From positions 4,589 to 68,588 of the forward strand of contig CALEDJ010000029.1 in NCBI GenBank assembly GCA_937951485.1: DNA of 64,000 nucleotides. The letters run 5' to 3'. The translations under genes and the position numbers were made by a program. This DNA comes from an uncultured bacterium (lineage in GTDB: Bacteria; Hydrogenedentota; Hydrogenedentia; Hydrogenedentales; CAILVY01). A model generated the notes under the pieces. That model worked only from the letters and a program-made list of their open reading frames with translations. It was not told the DNA's origin and searched no databases. How positions within the stretch are numbered: position 1 is the first letter of the stretch; every line of letters starts with the position of its first letter. Below, piece by piece: positions 10,701 to 19,885 of this stretch.

Positions 10701-11403
10701 CGGTGTTGAATATCTGCATCCGCGAAAACTGGTCCACGGTGACCTGCGCGATGACGGGCACGGTGCGCCCCTTTTCGCGCATGGCCGCCTTCCCGCCCAA
10801 AAACGCCGCCTTCAACTCCAGCACATCCTGCTGCGTCTCATAGATCAGCGCGTCCACGCCGCCGTCCAGCAGTCCGCAAACCTGATGGTGGAAATTGTCA
10901 GCGACAGCGTCGAAGGTGGACTCCACCAGATCGGCTTTCGTGTGCGAGAGCACCCGGTTGGACGGCCCAATCGAACCCAACACAAAGAGCGGACGCCCGT
11001 CGTAGTGCGGCGTGGCGCGGTATTCCGCAAGGGCCTCGCGGGCAATCTCCGCGCCGAGACGACTTAAAAAATAGGCGAATTGCTGATAGTCGAGCGTGCG
11101 CGGATCAAGGCCGTAGCGATTGGGCGCAAAGGACCGCAGGTCCAAGCCGGAAAAGTCATATTCCGACAAGCGCATCGGCGACGCCCCGAAGGTGTTCGTC
11201 TCCACCGCGCTCGCACCCGCCTCAAGGAACGCCCGGTGAATGCCTTTCAACGCTTCCGGCTGCGAGAGGCACAGCAGGTCAGACAGCATCCGGTAATCCG
11301 GCCCGCCGAAATACTCGTCGCCCAGTCCGAGGTCCTGAATCATTGTGCCCGTCGCGCCATCTATGACAAGCACGCGATCCCTGGTGATTTCCTGCAAATT
11401 CAT
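7783..11403 (-). CDS. metH: Cobalamin-dependent methionine synthase
   Basis: DGATGT, GINC and GGCCG (Hcy/Zn domain); IGERLN pterin domain; DVHSIG B12 motif; SPGYP reactivation domain. Confidence 0.95.
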   Translation of the reverse strand: MNLQEITRDRVLVIDGATGTMIQDLGLGDEYFGGPDYRMLSDLLCLSQPEALKGIHRAFLEAGASAVETNTFGASPMRLSEYDFSGLDLRSFAPNRYGLDPRTLDYQQFAYFLSRLGAEIAREALAEYRATPHYDGRPLFVLGSIGPSNRVLSHTKADLVESTFDAVADNFHHQVCGLLDGGVDALIYETQQDVLELKAAFLGGKAAMREKGRTVPVIAQVTVDQFSRMQIFNTDIHAALVSIAGMGIDAFGINCSIGPDLMVRSVEKLARFSPLPISVIPNAGLPESENGKTVFKFSPDRFAAFQRQFVEEYGVNIVGGCCGTRPDHIRCVAEAVRNVKPRPRAPQPGLYVSGMEEAVLLDGSKTLIRIGERLNVRGSKKVRDAVENDTGINHDVLEEVAHEQIDDLGCEVIDVCMDSNQLDTVKTLQEVVHIQSAGLAGAMCLDSFQADALAAAVKVYAGRPMINSISMEEAGPGILKIDAVIEATRAFDPVYIALCTGPRGPAATAEEKLDLATQIITRARDMHGVPPGRIFVDVNVFPIGSESGEDTNFALESIEAVALVKDRFPDVRTSLGVGNLTNGLAKKPHMRTVLTSVFLDEARKRGLDAAILNPNHYVFVEDLDPKDYALGKRVILEHDMDAFAELEVIAEARKGGAVQRRVSYDELPLETAICEKIKDGYKDRTPGTLVFRGHEYAYADRIVLEVAQAMEKHEPLDFINDYLMRAMQELGDAFGRGEVSLPHLLKSADVMRQAMGFLEAYMRNASGRAMQDVVEYKGVVVIGTVYQDVHSIGKDLARTLLENYGYRVIDLGAMTPLQRFIDAAREHHAHAIGMSALLVQTSNHMITVSRMMQEQGLDIPVLIGGAPVSPRHAAYVAMAGQDDKSKMRGDVFYCRTAMDGVNIMNMIRSGQDLSRVFAENRQKLLLRLERAEKRAAEEESHLATLPRRVVSFDHYRLPPQPRFQQRRYEYALADFARHIDTKTLFSLNWRFGGVSAWERSGHTREELEALFREWVRKATAQGWLKPQGVMGIYPCQSDSDEIILYDPEDPGRELARIEFTVVIGAAKTDLVSGAQYFPSRDSGIMGAAGLQIACSGPQVDEVIKEFRAAGDSESALFLQGLSDRIAEDMAEYLHREQRHLLGLAPDAGQRWSPGYPGMRNIMMNRVIMECLGAGEAIGVSITEAGEFSPTGATAAVVSYHPDARYT

Positions 11404-11669
11404 CGCGCGAATATCAGTTTCCTCTCATCTGTGCGGCATGCGACCCAGGCAGGCCTGCAATCCGTGCCCTCCGAATCATGGTCGAATGTGGGGCCGCCTC
11501 ACGCGCCGTGCTGGAAGGGGACTATGATAACATCTCCATCGTGGAGAATCATCCGAAACCCGCTGCATAGCCTTGGATGGCGGGATGGCGCGGACCGGTC
11601 CGCTCGGCAGGACCGCACCGCCCCACCCGATTTGACCGAAAAGAATGACAACTAAAAGGAGCGCTGAGA

Positions 11670-12215
11670 ATGACCAGGATTCTCGTGCTGTATGCTACTG
11701 ATTACGGCGCGACGCGCGCCATGGCGGAAGCGGTGCTTGAAGGCGCGGCTTCGGTGGAGGGGGTGGTCGCCTTGCTCCGAAGCGCCGAGGAAGTCACCGC
11801 GGAGGACATGATCTCGAGCGACGGCATTGTCTTCGGGTCCCCCGTGCACATGGGGTCCATGGACTGGCGCGTGAAAAAGGCGATTGACGCCGTGTGCTCC
11901 GGCCTATGGATGCGGGACGCGCTGGTCGGCAAGGTCGGGGCGGTTTTCGTCACAGGCGGCGGATTCGGCGGCGCGGGCGGCGGCGTCGAACTGACCATGC
12001 TCGCCATGCTCGCCAATCTGGCCGAGTTGGGCATGTTGATCGTCACGCTGCCGAAAAACGCTCCCGGATACCAGAACGGAGGACTGCACTGGGGACCCTA
12101 TATGCGCACCGGCGACGAAGCAGGCAATCCCGCGGGCGTGAATCCCGAATCGCTCGAACTGGCCCGTCATCACGGCGCGAACGTGGCCCGCGTCGCCCAG
12201 CGCCACGCCGGATAA
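11670..12215 (+). CDS. WrbA-like flavodoxin-fold NAD(P)H:quinone oxidoreductase
   Basis: LYATDYGAT, DGIVFGSPVHMGS and LVGKVGAVF motifs; AAGGAG RBS. Confidence 0.85.
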   Translation: MTRILVLYATDYGATRAMAEAVLEGAASVEGVVALLRSAEEVTAEDMISSDGIVFGSPVHMGSMDWRVKKAIDAVCSGLWMRDALVGKVGAVFVTGGGFGGAGGGVELTMLAMLANLAELGMLIVTLPKNAPGYQNGGLHWGPYMRTGDEAGNPAGVNPESLELARHHGANVARVAQRHAG

Positions 12216-13401
12216 ACGGCATCCGCCCGCATGAGCGCGCATGGTCATCGCCCCTCTCCCGCGTCGGGCTGACCCCGTGCTTGCCGAACAGCATACGGTC
12301 TGAAGTCGGACGGTTCCGGCGAAATAGAATGAGAAAAACAACTCCGTACATTCCGTGTAAACCGTCTGTGGTAAAGATTTTATCCGCCCGGGTCGCGGCA
12401 AACGGCTTACGCCTTGAGAAATCAGTGATATAACAGCCCGAAAATTGACGCGGGCTGGAACGTCCTGGCGCAGGACGAATCGCCCGAGGCGCCGAAACCT
12501 GACTTGGCGTCGCGGCACGCGGAAAACGGCCCATGTGTGGATGGGTATGACGCCTCTGGCGGAAATCGGAGGCACAAACCGCACTATGGGGACAACGCGC
12601 CATTTCGCGCAGGACCGGAATTGTTGTGGCCGGTCTCCTGCCGTTCCGCCTTCGCCAAATGCCACGGCGGATGCACAGGGAACCATCTTTAACAGAATAA
12701 TATTACATACATTTAATTTAATGAAAAGCCGTTGCCAATCGAAAACGCGGGGACGGACAATGCAATATCGTGTCAGGTCCAAAGTTGTGAAACAGTTGAC
12801 GTTTCCAAAACATATATTTGGAATATCAATGCCAACTTTGTAGTGCAGAATCATTACTTATGTTTTCATGTTCATAGTTTATAACGTATTTATATATGCC
12901 ATTGTTTAGTAATACCGCATATTTTTTATTGCTTTCTATGATTATTTTATTTATGTATCATAATTTATTTTGTGGCTTATGTTGCAGTAGTATCTATCAA
13001 GACATGTACAAAAGTATTTTTGTGTTTCGCTATTTGTGTCCTTTATATGTTGGTTTTATACATAAGATGAGACATTATTTACGGGAACGATAAACAGCAT
13101 GGTCGCAAACGCAAGCGCCGACGCGCGCAGCAGCAGCATCTCTTCCATCAGGCCGTGAAAAATCAGGACGCGACCCGCACCTGCCTGCTGATGATATCAT
13201 CGGGCGTGCGTTCCCCCGGCCGGCCGATCCGCCAGACGTCCTGCCGGACGAAACGCAAGAATTTTTCCAAGGCTTCTCCTGACCCCTGTATGGTTCTATG
13301 GTACATGTGTATTCCCGGAAGGGCAAACTGGACGCTTGATTAATTGTTTCAGATCATGTTTGTCCAAAAAACAGTCAAAGTCCACTGGATTGTTGCTTCT
13401 C

Positions 13402-13608
13402 CCCCTCACCCTCCCCCTCTCCCAAAGGGAGAGGGAATAGCAGCATTCCTCAGGTTTCGCCACATATTCCCTCTCCAGAGGGAGAAGGAATAGCAGCATT
13501 CCTCAGGTTTCGTCACATATTCCCTCTCCAGAGGGAGAAGGACAAGCAGCATTCCTCAGGTTTCGCCATATATTCCCTCTCCCTCTGGGAGAGGGGCAGG
13601 GTGAGGGG
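13402..13608. repeat. Palindromic tandem array: three 53-bp units inside 23-bp inverted ends (BoxC/REP-like)
   Basis: Unit GCAGCATTCCTCAGGTTTCGCCACATATTCCCTCTCCAGAGGGAGAAGGAATA starting at 13440, 13493 and 13546; outer CCCCTCACCCT(C/G)CCCCTCTCCCA inverted pair. Confidence 0.9.
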
Positions 13609-13668
13609 CGACAGGCCAATATGGAAATTTATAGCGCCAGGAATAATCTGGCCGGCGTCGAACTCAGA

Positions 13669-14616
13669 TTATTCGACCGCGTCGCGGCGTTGCTTCAGTT
13701 CGCGCCAAGTGGTGAGGATGATACCTTCCTCCTCAATGACTTGCCTGACCTCCGGGGAAATCAGGATGTGATAGTCGCTGAACAGTATCTCCCGGTTCCG
13801 CGACAAGGCTTTCCCTTCTTCGGTCGGCATGGTGGGATGGACATTGAACCATGTAACGCCCGGCCTGAGATTGCGGATGGTGTTGATGAACTGTTCTTTC
13901 CGGGTCGCCACATCTTTCCAGTCATACGAGGAGGTGTCAATCACGTCGAGGACGGGCAAGCCGGCTGCCCAAATCTTCTCAAGATAAGGCAGCAGGAGGC
14001 GATATATTTGCGATTCCTCCGGGTCGGCGCCCGTGCCGGCGGCCCCGATAAGCAGCGGAATCTGCTTTTCTATCGCCACTTTCACATAACGCTCGAAAAA
14101 CGCTGGTTTTGAATAGAGCGTGCCCATGTGTGAATCGAGATGCGTGATATTGATGCCCATCTTCTCCGCCAGGGCGATCTGGGCGCGAATCTCCGCCTCC
14201 ACCTCATCCGGCGTCGCATTTTCCACGACGCCCCGGACATTGGCGTGCATATAGCCCGAATCGTCCACCAGCCCCGGGGTCGCGCCGCGCCCCGCGACCG
14301 GCCCCCAACGGTACGGTCGCCACTCCGACGTCAGGGTCAGGTGAAGGCCGGCATCCACGTTGGGATGCTCGTTGAGATAAGCAACGAACTCCGGCACCCA
14401 CGGGCATGGCATCATGATGCTGGCGGACGTTACCGTCCCCGCTTCCAAGGTGGCAATAATGGCCTGGTTCGACGCGTGCGACATGCCTGCGTCGTCCGCA
14501 TGGATCATGAGCACTCTGGCGCCTTGCGGCCAGCCAAGTTTCTCCGCATAGGTCTGGGCACCCGCGCCCATCTGAACTCCCGCGAGAATCGCCAGGAAAA
14601 ACAGCGTTTTCTTCAT
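13669..14616 (-). CDS. YdjC/ChbG-family carbohydrate deacetylase with signal peptide
   Basis: IHADDAG, GLHLTL and THLDSHMG motifs; N-terminal MKKTLFFLAILAG...AGA signal. Confidence 0.85.
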   Translation of the reverse strand: MKKTLFFLAILAGVQMGAGAQTYAEKLGWPQGARVLMIHADDAGMSHASNQAIIATLEAGTVTSASIMMPCPWVPEFVAYLNEHPNVDAGLHLTLTSEWRPYRWGPVAGRGATPGLVDDSGYMHANVRGVVENATPDEVEAEIRAQIALAEKMGINITHLDSHMGTLYSKPAFFERYVKVAIEKQIPLLIGAAGTGADPEESQIYRLLLPYLEKIWAAGLPVLDVIDTSSYDWKDVATRKEQFINTIRNLRPGVTWFNVHPTMPTEEGKALSRNREILFSDYHILISPEVRQVIEEEGIILTTWRELKQRRDAVE

Positions 14617-14694
14617 GCTCTCACACTCCTCTCAATCTTTGGGAATACGCGATATGGGTTGAGGCATTCGGAATGATAACAGAAGGAATGGAAA

Positions 14695-14723
14695 TTGACA
14701 AACCGGTGTTTTCGTGGTAAAAT
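14695..14723 (+). promoter_or_regulatory. Sigma70 promoter of dnaG-rpoD
   Basis: TTGACA-17 bp-TAAAAT; an IHF-consensus TATCAA-N4-TTG site lies downstream at 14802-14814. Confidence 0.75.
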
Positions 14724-14872
14724 AACGAATGTCTTGACATGTCCAAGGGGAGGTCTGTCCCTTTGTAAATCGTTAGTTCGGCGTCAAGATTGCGTATCCA
14801 TTATCAATTATTTGTAAATATTGTATTTATAAAGACATATCGGCATCACCCGCTGGTGAACATGATTTCAGG

Positions 14873-16636
14873 ATGGGCACATTGAAGTATTCCCGTGAGA
14901 TTGTCGCGGAAGTGCTGGCCGCCAATGATATTGCCGATGTCGTCGGACAGCGCCTGGACCTCAAACCGGCGGGTCCGGGCCGTCTGAAGGCGCTGTGCCC
15001 TTTTCACACGGAAAAAACCCCTTCGTTCACCGTGAACCGGCACCGGCAGATTTTCCATTGCTTCGGCTGTGGCAGGGGCGGCGATGCCCTTGCGTTTATC
15101 ATGGAACACGACGGGTTGAGTTTCAGCGAGGCGTTGCGCAAACTGGCCGAGCGCGCCAATATTCGCCTGCCGATGCCCACGGAAGAAGACGCGCGCAAAG
15201 ACCTCCTGCGCACACAGGTGCAGGACTTCTGCAAGTACGCCGCCCGCTTTTACCGCGAACTGCTGGCCCATCCCATGCGCGGAAGCCTGGGACGCCAATA
15301 TTTGAAAACACGGGACCTCAAGGATGCCACCATCCAACGCTTCGGGTTGGGCTTCGCATCGGCGACCGGCTCGGACCTGCTGGATGCCGCGCGCGAAAAG
15401 GGCTACAAGGATTACGTGCTGGAGGCGTCGGGGTTGTTCAAGCGCAGCGACGGCGGACGCCTTTTTGACTTTTTCCGGAACCGTCTGATTTTCCCGATCA
15501 AGGATATTCCGGGCAACACGGTGGCCTTCGGCGGGCGTGACCTGGGCGACAGCCCGGCCAAATACATCAACTCGCCGGAGACGTCCGTGTATAAGAAAAG
15601 CCGGATTCTCTACGGGCTGCACGAGGCGCGCGACGCGCTCCGCCGCGAGCCGACCGTCATCCTCGTGGAGGGCTATTTTGACCTGCTGAGATGCTTCGAC
15701 GCGGGCATCGAAAACGTCGTGGCCACCTGCGGCACCGCCCTGACCACGGAGCAGGCCGCCCTGATCCGGCGCTATGTCCCGGAAGTGACCATCGTTTATG
15801 ACGGCGACCCGGCGGGCGTGCGCGCCGCCCTGCGCGGCATCGGCGTGCTGGTGGGCGCGGGGCTGACCGTGCGCGCACTGGCCCTGCCCGACAACCAGGA
15901 CCCGGATGATTTCATCCGGGCGCAGGGCGCGGACGCCTTCCGTGACCTGCTCCGACATGCCGCCGATTTCATCGCGTTTTATGTGCGCATGAGCGCCGAA
16001 AGGACAAAAACCATCGAGGGGCGCACGGAGGTTGCGCAGGAACTTTTTGCCCTCCTGATGGATATCGAAGATCAGATGCGGCGGCCCGAATATGTGAAAC
16101 GGATTGCCCACGAACTAGGTCTGACGGAATGGGCTTGCGAGCGCGCTTTCAACGACTTCAGCCGCAACACGCGGCGGCCGACGCCGGCGCCGACTTCCGG
16201 CGCCGCGGCAGAGGTGAAGCCGGTAAGCCTGGATGACCGGATTTTCATCGCCGCCCTGCTGAACAGCCAGGCCATGCTGGAGCGGGTGCGCGAGGCCCTG
16301 GCCGAGACCACTCTTGCTCCCGGGCCGATGGCGGAACTGGTCGGCGTCCTGCTTCAAAGCGCCGGGCCGGGCATCATCCAGGCGCTGGAGAGCGACGAGG
16401 CGCGGCGCATTTACGCTGCCGCCGCAAGCGACGACGCTCCGCCGGCAGAAACAGCCCAGGAACTCGTGGATCGGCGGGTTGTTGCGCTGAAAAAAGACGC
16501 CATGCGTGCAACATATGCACAAATGCAACGGCAAATCGAGGACCTGCAGCGACGCCGCGAACTTGACAAGGCCAACGCCCTGCTCCTGGACAGTTTTAAG
16601 ATCAAACGGCAAATGGAAACCATGGGCTTGACGTGA
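14873..16636 (+). CDS. dnaG: DNA primase
   Basis: CPFH..EKTPSF...HCFGC zinc finger, KYINSPET, VEGYFD and YDGD TOPRIM motifs, DPDD. Confidence 0.97.
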   Translation: MGTLKYSREIVAEVLAANDIADVVGQRLDLKPAGPGRLKALCPFHTEKTPSFTVNRHRQIFHCFGCGRGGDALAFIMEHDGLSFSEALRKLAERANIRLPMPTEEDARKDLLRTQVQDFCKYAARFYRELLAHPMRGSLGRQYLKTRDLKDATIQRFGLGFASATGSDLLDAAREKGYKDYVLEASGLFKRSDGGRLFDFFRNRLIFPIKDIPGNTVAFGGRDLGDSPAKYINSPETSVYKKSRILYGLHEARDALRREPTVILVEGYFDLLRCFDAGIENVVATCGTALTTEQAALIRRYVPEVTIVYDGDPAGVRAALRGIGVLVGAGLTVRALALPDNQDPDDFIRAQGADAFRDLLRHAADFIAFYVRMSAERTKTIEGRTEVAQELFALLMDIEDQMRRPEYVKRIAHELGLTEWACERAFNDFSRNTRRPTPAPTSGAAAEVKPVSLDDRIFIAALLNSQAMLERVREALAETTLAPGPMAELVGVLLQSAGPGIIQALESDEARRIYAAAASDDAPPAETAQELVDRRVVALKKDAMRATYAQMQRQIEDLQRRRELDKANALLLDSFKIKRQMETMGLT

Positions 16637-16704
16637 GTCTCCATGCCGGCGTACATACGCATAGTCTTGGGTTGATGGCGGAGTTCAACGAGGTATAACG
16701 GAAA

Positions 16705-18471
16705 ATGGCAGTGGACAACAAAGACAAGAAAACCATCATGATGAATGAACGCACGCGGGAGGCCATCGAAAAGGCCAGCCAGAAGACCAGCCTCACCTAC
16801 GAGGAACTGGACAAATTGCTGCCCCCGGACGCCACTGCGGAAGAAATTGACGAGGTCATGCTGGTCCTGAGCGACACCGATGTGCAGATCGTGGACGAAT
16901 TCAAGATTGACGCGGAGAAATCCGAGAACGAAAAGAAGAATGCCAGCCTCGCCAAGAAGGCCGAACTGCGCAAAGAGGCCGCCCACAGCAAACTCGAGCG
17001 CGCCGATGACCCCGTGCGCATGTACCTGCGCGAAATGGGCCGCGTCCCCCTCCTGACCAAGGACCAGGAAATCGCCATCGCCAAGCGCATCGAAGCGGCA
17101 GAAAAAGAACTTACCGAAGTCCTGCTCGGCACCCCCTATACCATCAAGGAAATCCAGATGATCGCCGCCCGCATTCTCGCGGGGCGCCTCAACTTCGCCC
17201 AAATCTCCGACATCGAAGACCTCCGGCTCCAGCACAAGTTCGTCAAAGAACTGCCCGACATGATGGGTAAACTGGGCCACCTCGACACGCTGATCGAAAA
17301 CCAGGAAAAACGCGCGCGCCGCAGCGGCCTCTCCCGCAAGAGCCGGGAAAACATTCTCAAGCGCATCGCCAACTACCGCGCGCGACAAGTCGAAATCATC
17401 CACCAGTTCGCGCTTAAGTCCAAAGAAATCATGAAAATCGGACGCAAGATCAAAGGACTCAAACGCCGCATCGCCGCCGCCCGCGACGAGATAGACCGCG
17501 TCGAGCGCGAAGTCGGATTCCCCTTCGAGCAAATCCACAAGATGGCCGTCCAAATCCGACGCAACGCCGCCGTCGCCAAACGGCTCGGCGTGGAAAAGGA
17601 AATCATCCTCGACGCCGAACGCCGCCTCACCATGGCCCACCGCAAGATCGCCCAGATCGAAGCCGACGCCAAACTCAACACCGACGAGATCAACGCGCTC
17701 ATTGACGTAATCAAGGCCAAAGAGGAAAAAATTTACGCAGCCAAAATGGAACTCGTAGAGGCCAACCTCCGCCTCGTCGTCAGCATTGGCAAGAAATACA
17801 CCAACCGGGGCATGTCCTTCCTCGACCTCATCCAGGAAGGCAACATCGGGCTCATGAAAGCGGTGGATAAATTCGAATACCAGCGCGGCTACAAATTCAG
17901 CACCTACGCCACATGGTGGATTCGACAGGCCATCACCCGGTCCATCGCCGACCAGGCCCGTACCATCCGCATCCCCGTGCACATGATCGAATCCATCAAC
18001 AAACTCGTGCGCACCAGCCGGCGACTCGTCCAGGAATACGGCCGCGAACCCAATCCCGAAGAAATCGCGGAAGAAATGCAGATGTCTTCCGACAAGGTCC
18101 GGTCCATCCTCAAGATCGCCCAGGAAGCCATCAGCCTCGAAACCCCCGTCGGCGATGAGGGCGACTCCAGTTTCGGCGACTTCATCGAAGACAAGAGCGC
18201 CGAAAGCCCGGCCAACTCCACCGCGTTCAGCGTGTTCCAGGAAAAACTCGACGAAGTGCTCGGCACTCTTACGGAACGCGAAGAAAAGGTGCTTCGCCTC
18301 CGCTTCGGCCTCGGCGACGGCTACCCCCGCACCCTCGAAGAAGTCGGCAGCGTGTTCAACGTCACCCGCGAACGCGTCCGCCAGATCGAAGCCAAGGCCC
18401 TGCGCAAAATGCGCCACCCCACCCGCTCCCGCGAACTCAAATCCTTTGTTGACTGGAGTCTTTCCTCCTAG
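16705..18471 (+). CDS. rpoD: RNA polymerase primary sigma factor
   Basis: [43 protein letters not shown] and TRERVRQIE motifs. Confidence 0.98.
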   Translation: MAVDNKDKKTIMMNERTREAIEKASQKTSLTYEELDKLLPPDATAEEIDEVMLVLSDTDVQIVDEFKIDAEKSENEKKNASLAKKAELRKEAAHSKLERADDPVRMYLREMGRVPLLTKDQEIAIAKRIEAAEKELTEVLLGTPYTIKEIQMIAARILAGRLNFAQISDIEDLRLQHKFVKELPDMMGKLGHLDTLIENQEKRARRSGLSRKSRENILKRIANYRARQVEIIHQFALKSKEIMKIGRKIKGLKRRIAAARDEIDRVEREVGFPFEQIHKMAVQIRRNAAVAKRLGVEKEIILDAERRLTMAHRKIAQIEADAKLNTDEINALIDVIKAKEEKIYAAKMELVEANLRLVVSIGKKYTNRGMSFLDLIQEGNIGLMKAVDKFEYQRGYKFSTYATWWIRQAITRSIADQARTIRIPVHMIESINKLVRTSRRLVQEYGREPNPEEIAEEMQMSSDKVRSILKIAQEAISLETPVGDEGDSSFGDFIEDKSAESPANSTAFSVFQEKLDEVLGTLTEREEKVLRLRFGLGDGYPRTLEEVGSVFNVTRERVRQIEAKALRKMRHPTRSRELKSFVDWSLSS

Positions 18472-18526
18472 GTATCGTTGAATTACGGCGTGCGGGCCTT
18501 CCCGCCCCGATAGACATTGAGAATAC

Positions 18527-18603
18527 GGGCCCTTAGCTCAGCCGGTCAGAGCAGGTGACTCATAATCACTTGGTCGCAGGTTCGAATCCTGCAGGGCCCA
18601 CCA
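18527..18603 (+). tRNA. tRNA-Ile2 (CAT, lysidine-modified); tRNA-Met less likely
   Basis: Cloverleaf GGGCCCT...AGGGCCC-ACCA, anticodon loop CTCATAA; closely resembles E. coli ileX, which also lies downstream of rpoD. Confidence 0.9.
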
Positions 18604-18787
18604 TTCCATAACCCGTTGAATGGCAGTGATTTAGGTTGCACCAATAATACAGTCGCATGTCTATCTTGAGTGCTCCGGTGTGTTGCGCTGATTATGGCGG
18701 CGTTACCGCAAGGCGACAGACACGGAGGTCCCTGCAACCCTGATCGCGCATGAGATTTTCTGGCGCGACTTCGACCATGCTCCTATG

Positions 18788-19885
18788 TCAGCGCAGGATG
18801 CCACCGCGCTTGGAACTCAACCGGATTCCCTGAAGCATCATCTGCAGGTCTTCTGGGTTGTCGGAGACCTCCAATCCGGTTTCCAGGGTGATCAGGCCCG
18901 CCTTGATCAGGTCGTGGAGGCTGTCGTTGAAACTTTGCATGCCCTCCTCGCGGCCCTGCTGGATGGCCGTCTGGAGTTGTGCTATGCGATTTTCTTTGAT
19001 CAGCATGCGCACGGCGGGCGTGTTGAACATAACCTCGCAGGCAGGCACGCGGCCGATTCCGTCGGCGCGCGGCAGGAGGCGCATGGCCATGATCGCCCGA
19101 AGATTGATGGCAAGGGCGGACCGCACCTGGTCGTGCTGGTTGGAGGGGAAGAGGTCTATGATGCGGTCCACAGTCTGCAAGACATTCGTTGTGTGCAGCG
19201 TGCTGAAGACGAGGTGGCCGGTCTCGGCGGCGGCGATGGCGGCCATGAAGGTTTCCAGGTCGCGCATTTCGCCGATGAGGATGACATCCGGGTCCTGCCG
19301 CATCACTGATTTCAGCGCCGACGAGAAGTCTTGCGTATCAATGCTGATCTCACGCTGATTGATAATGGCTTTGCGGTCCGTGTGCACATACTCGATCGGG
19401 TCTTCAATGGTAACCACATGACAGCGGCGATTGTCGTTAATGTAATCAACAATGGAGGCGAGGGTCGTTGATTTTCCACTGCCGGTAGTGCCGGTGATCA
19501 ATATCAGCCCGCGATACATGGTGGCGAAGCGCACGGTCACGGGGGGCAGGTGCAGTTGCTCGAAGTTCAGAATCTTGGTCTTGATGCGGCGCATGACGAT
19601 GGAAATGGTGCCGCGCTGCCGGAACACGTTCACCCGGAAGCGTCCCACACCCTTTTCCGTGTAGGAAAGGTCCACTTCCCCCCGTCTGGCGAAGTATTTC
19701 TTCTGATCCTCCGTAAGGATGATGTCCAGAAACGCGTCAATGGTTTCCTTCGGGAGGGGGTCCAATCCGGTGGGCGTGATTTCCCCGTCAATGCGCAGAT
19801 ATGGCTGGCTCGCGGTCTTCAAGTGAATGTCCGAAGCGTCTTTTTGCACTGCCCGCTGCAGCAACTTGGTCAACTGGTCTCGCAC
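18788..19885 (-). CDS. pilT: PilT/PilU type IV pilus retraction ATPase
   Basis: ASDIHL, GTTGSGKST, TIEDPIE, RQDPDVILIGEMRD, ETGHLVFSTLHT and AVRMLIKE motifs. Confidence 0.9.
   Translation of the reverse strand: MRDQLTKLLQRAVQKDASDIHLKTASQPYLRIDGEITPTGLDPLPKETIDAFLDIILTEDQKKYFARRGEVDLSYTEKGVGRFRVNVFRQRGTISIVMRRIKTKILNFEQLHLPPVTVRFATMYRGLILITGTTGSGKSTTLASIVDYINDNRRCHVVTIEDPIEYVHTDRKAIINQREISIDTQDFSSALKSVMRQDPDVILIGEMRDLETFMAAIAAAETGHLVFSTLHTTNVLQTVDRIIDLFPSNQHDQVRSALAINLRAIMAMRLLPRADGIGRVPACEVMFNTPAVRMLIKENRIAQLQTAIQQGREEGMQSFNDSLHDLIKAGLITLETGLEVSDNPEDLQMMLQGIRLSSKRGGILR

Noticed and set aside
11404..11540. SAM-I, SAH or cobalamin riboswitch upstream of metH
   Set aside because: TTATC and AGATGAG fragments are present but the conserved core (GGCAACC, GGTGC) is absent
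12690..13090. oriC, and the 65-aa hydrophobic ORF 12896-13093
   Set aside because: No perfect DnaA boxes and no dnaA nearby; the ORF composition simply reflects T-rich sequence and lacks an RBS
13402..13608. CRISPR interpretation of the 53/54-bp arrays (here and at 60322-60536)
   Set aside because: Inter-repeat segments are near-identical rather than unique, the ends are inverted, and no cas genes are present
16411..18417. 668-aa ORF antisense to rpoD, and similar long antisense ORFs over glgX, metH, glyA, clpX and ftsZ
   Set aside because: Shadow ORFs expected from high-GC codon bias opposite well-conserved genes; no recognisable motifs
18604..18787. Integrated element at the tRNA-Ile2 3' end
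   Set aside because: No integrase, and I found no duplicated tRNA 3' end in the window; only an IHF-like site
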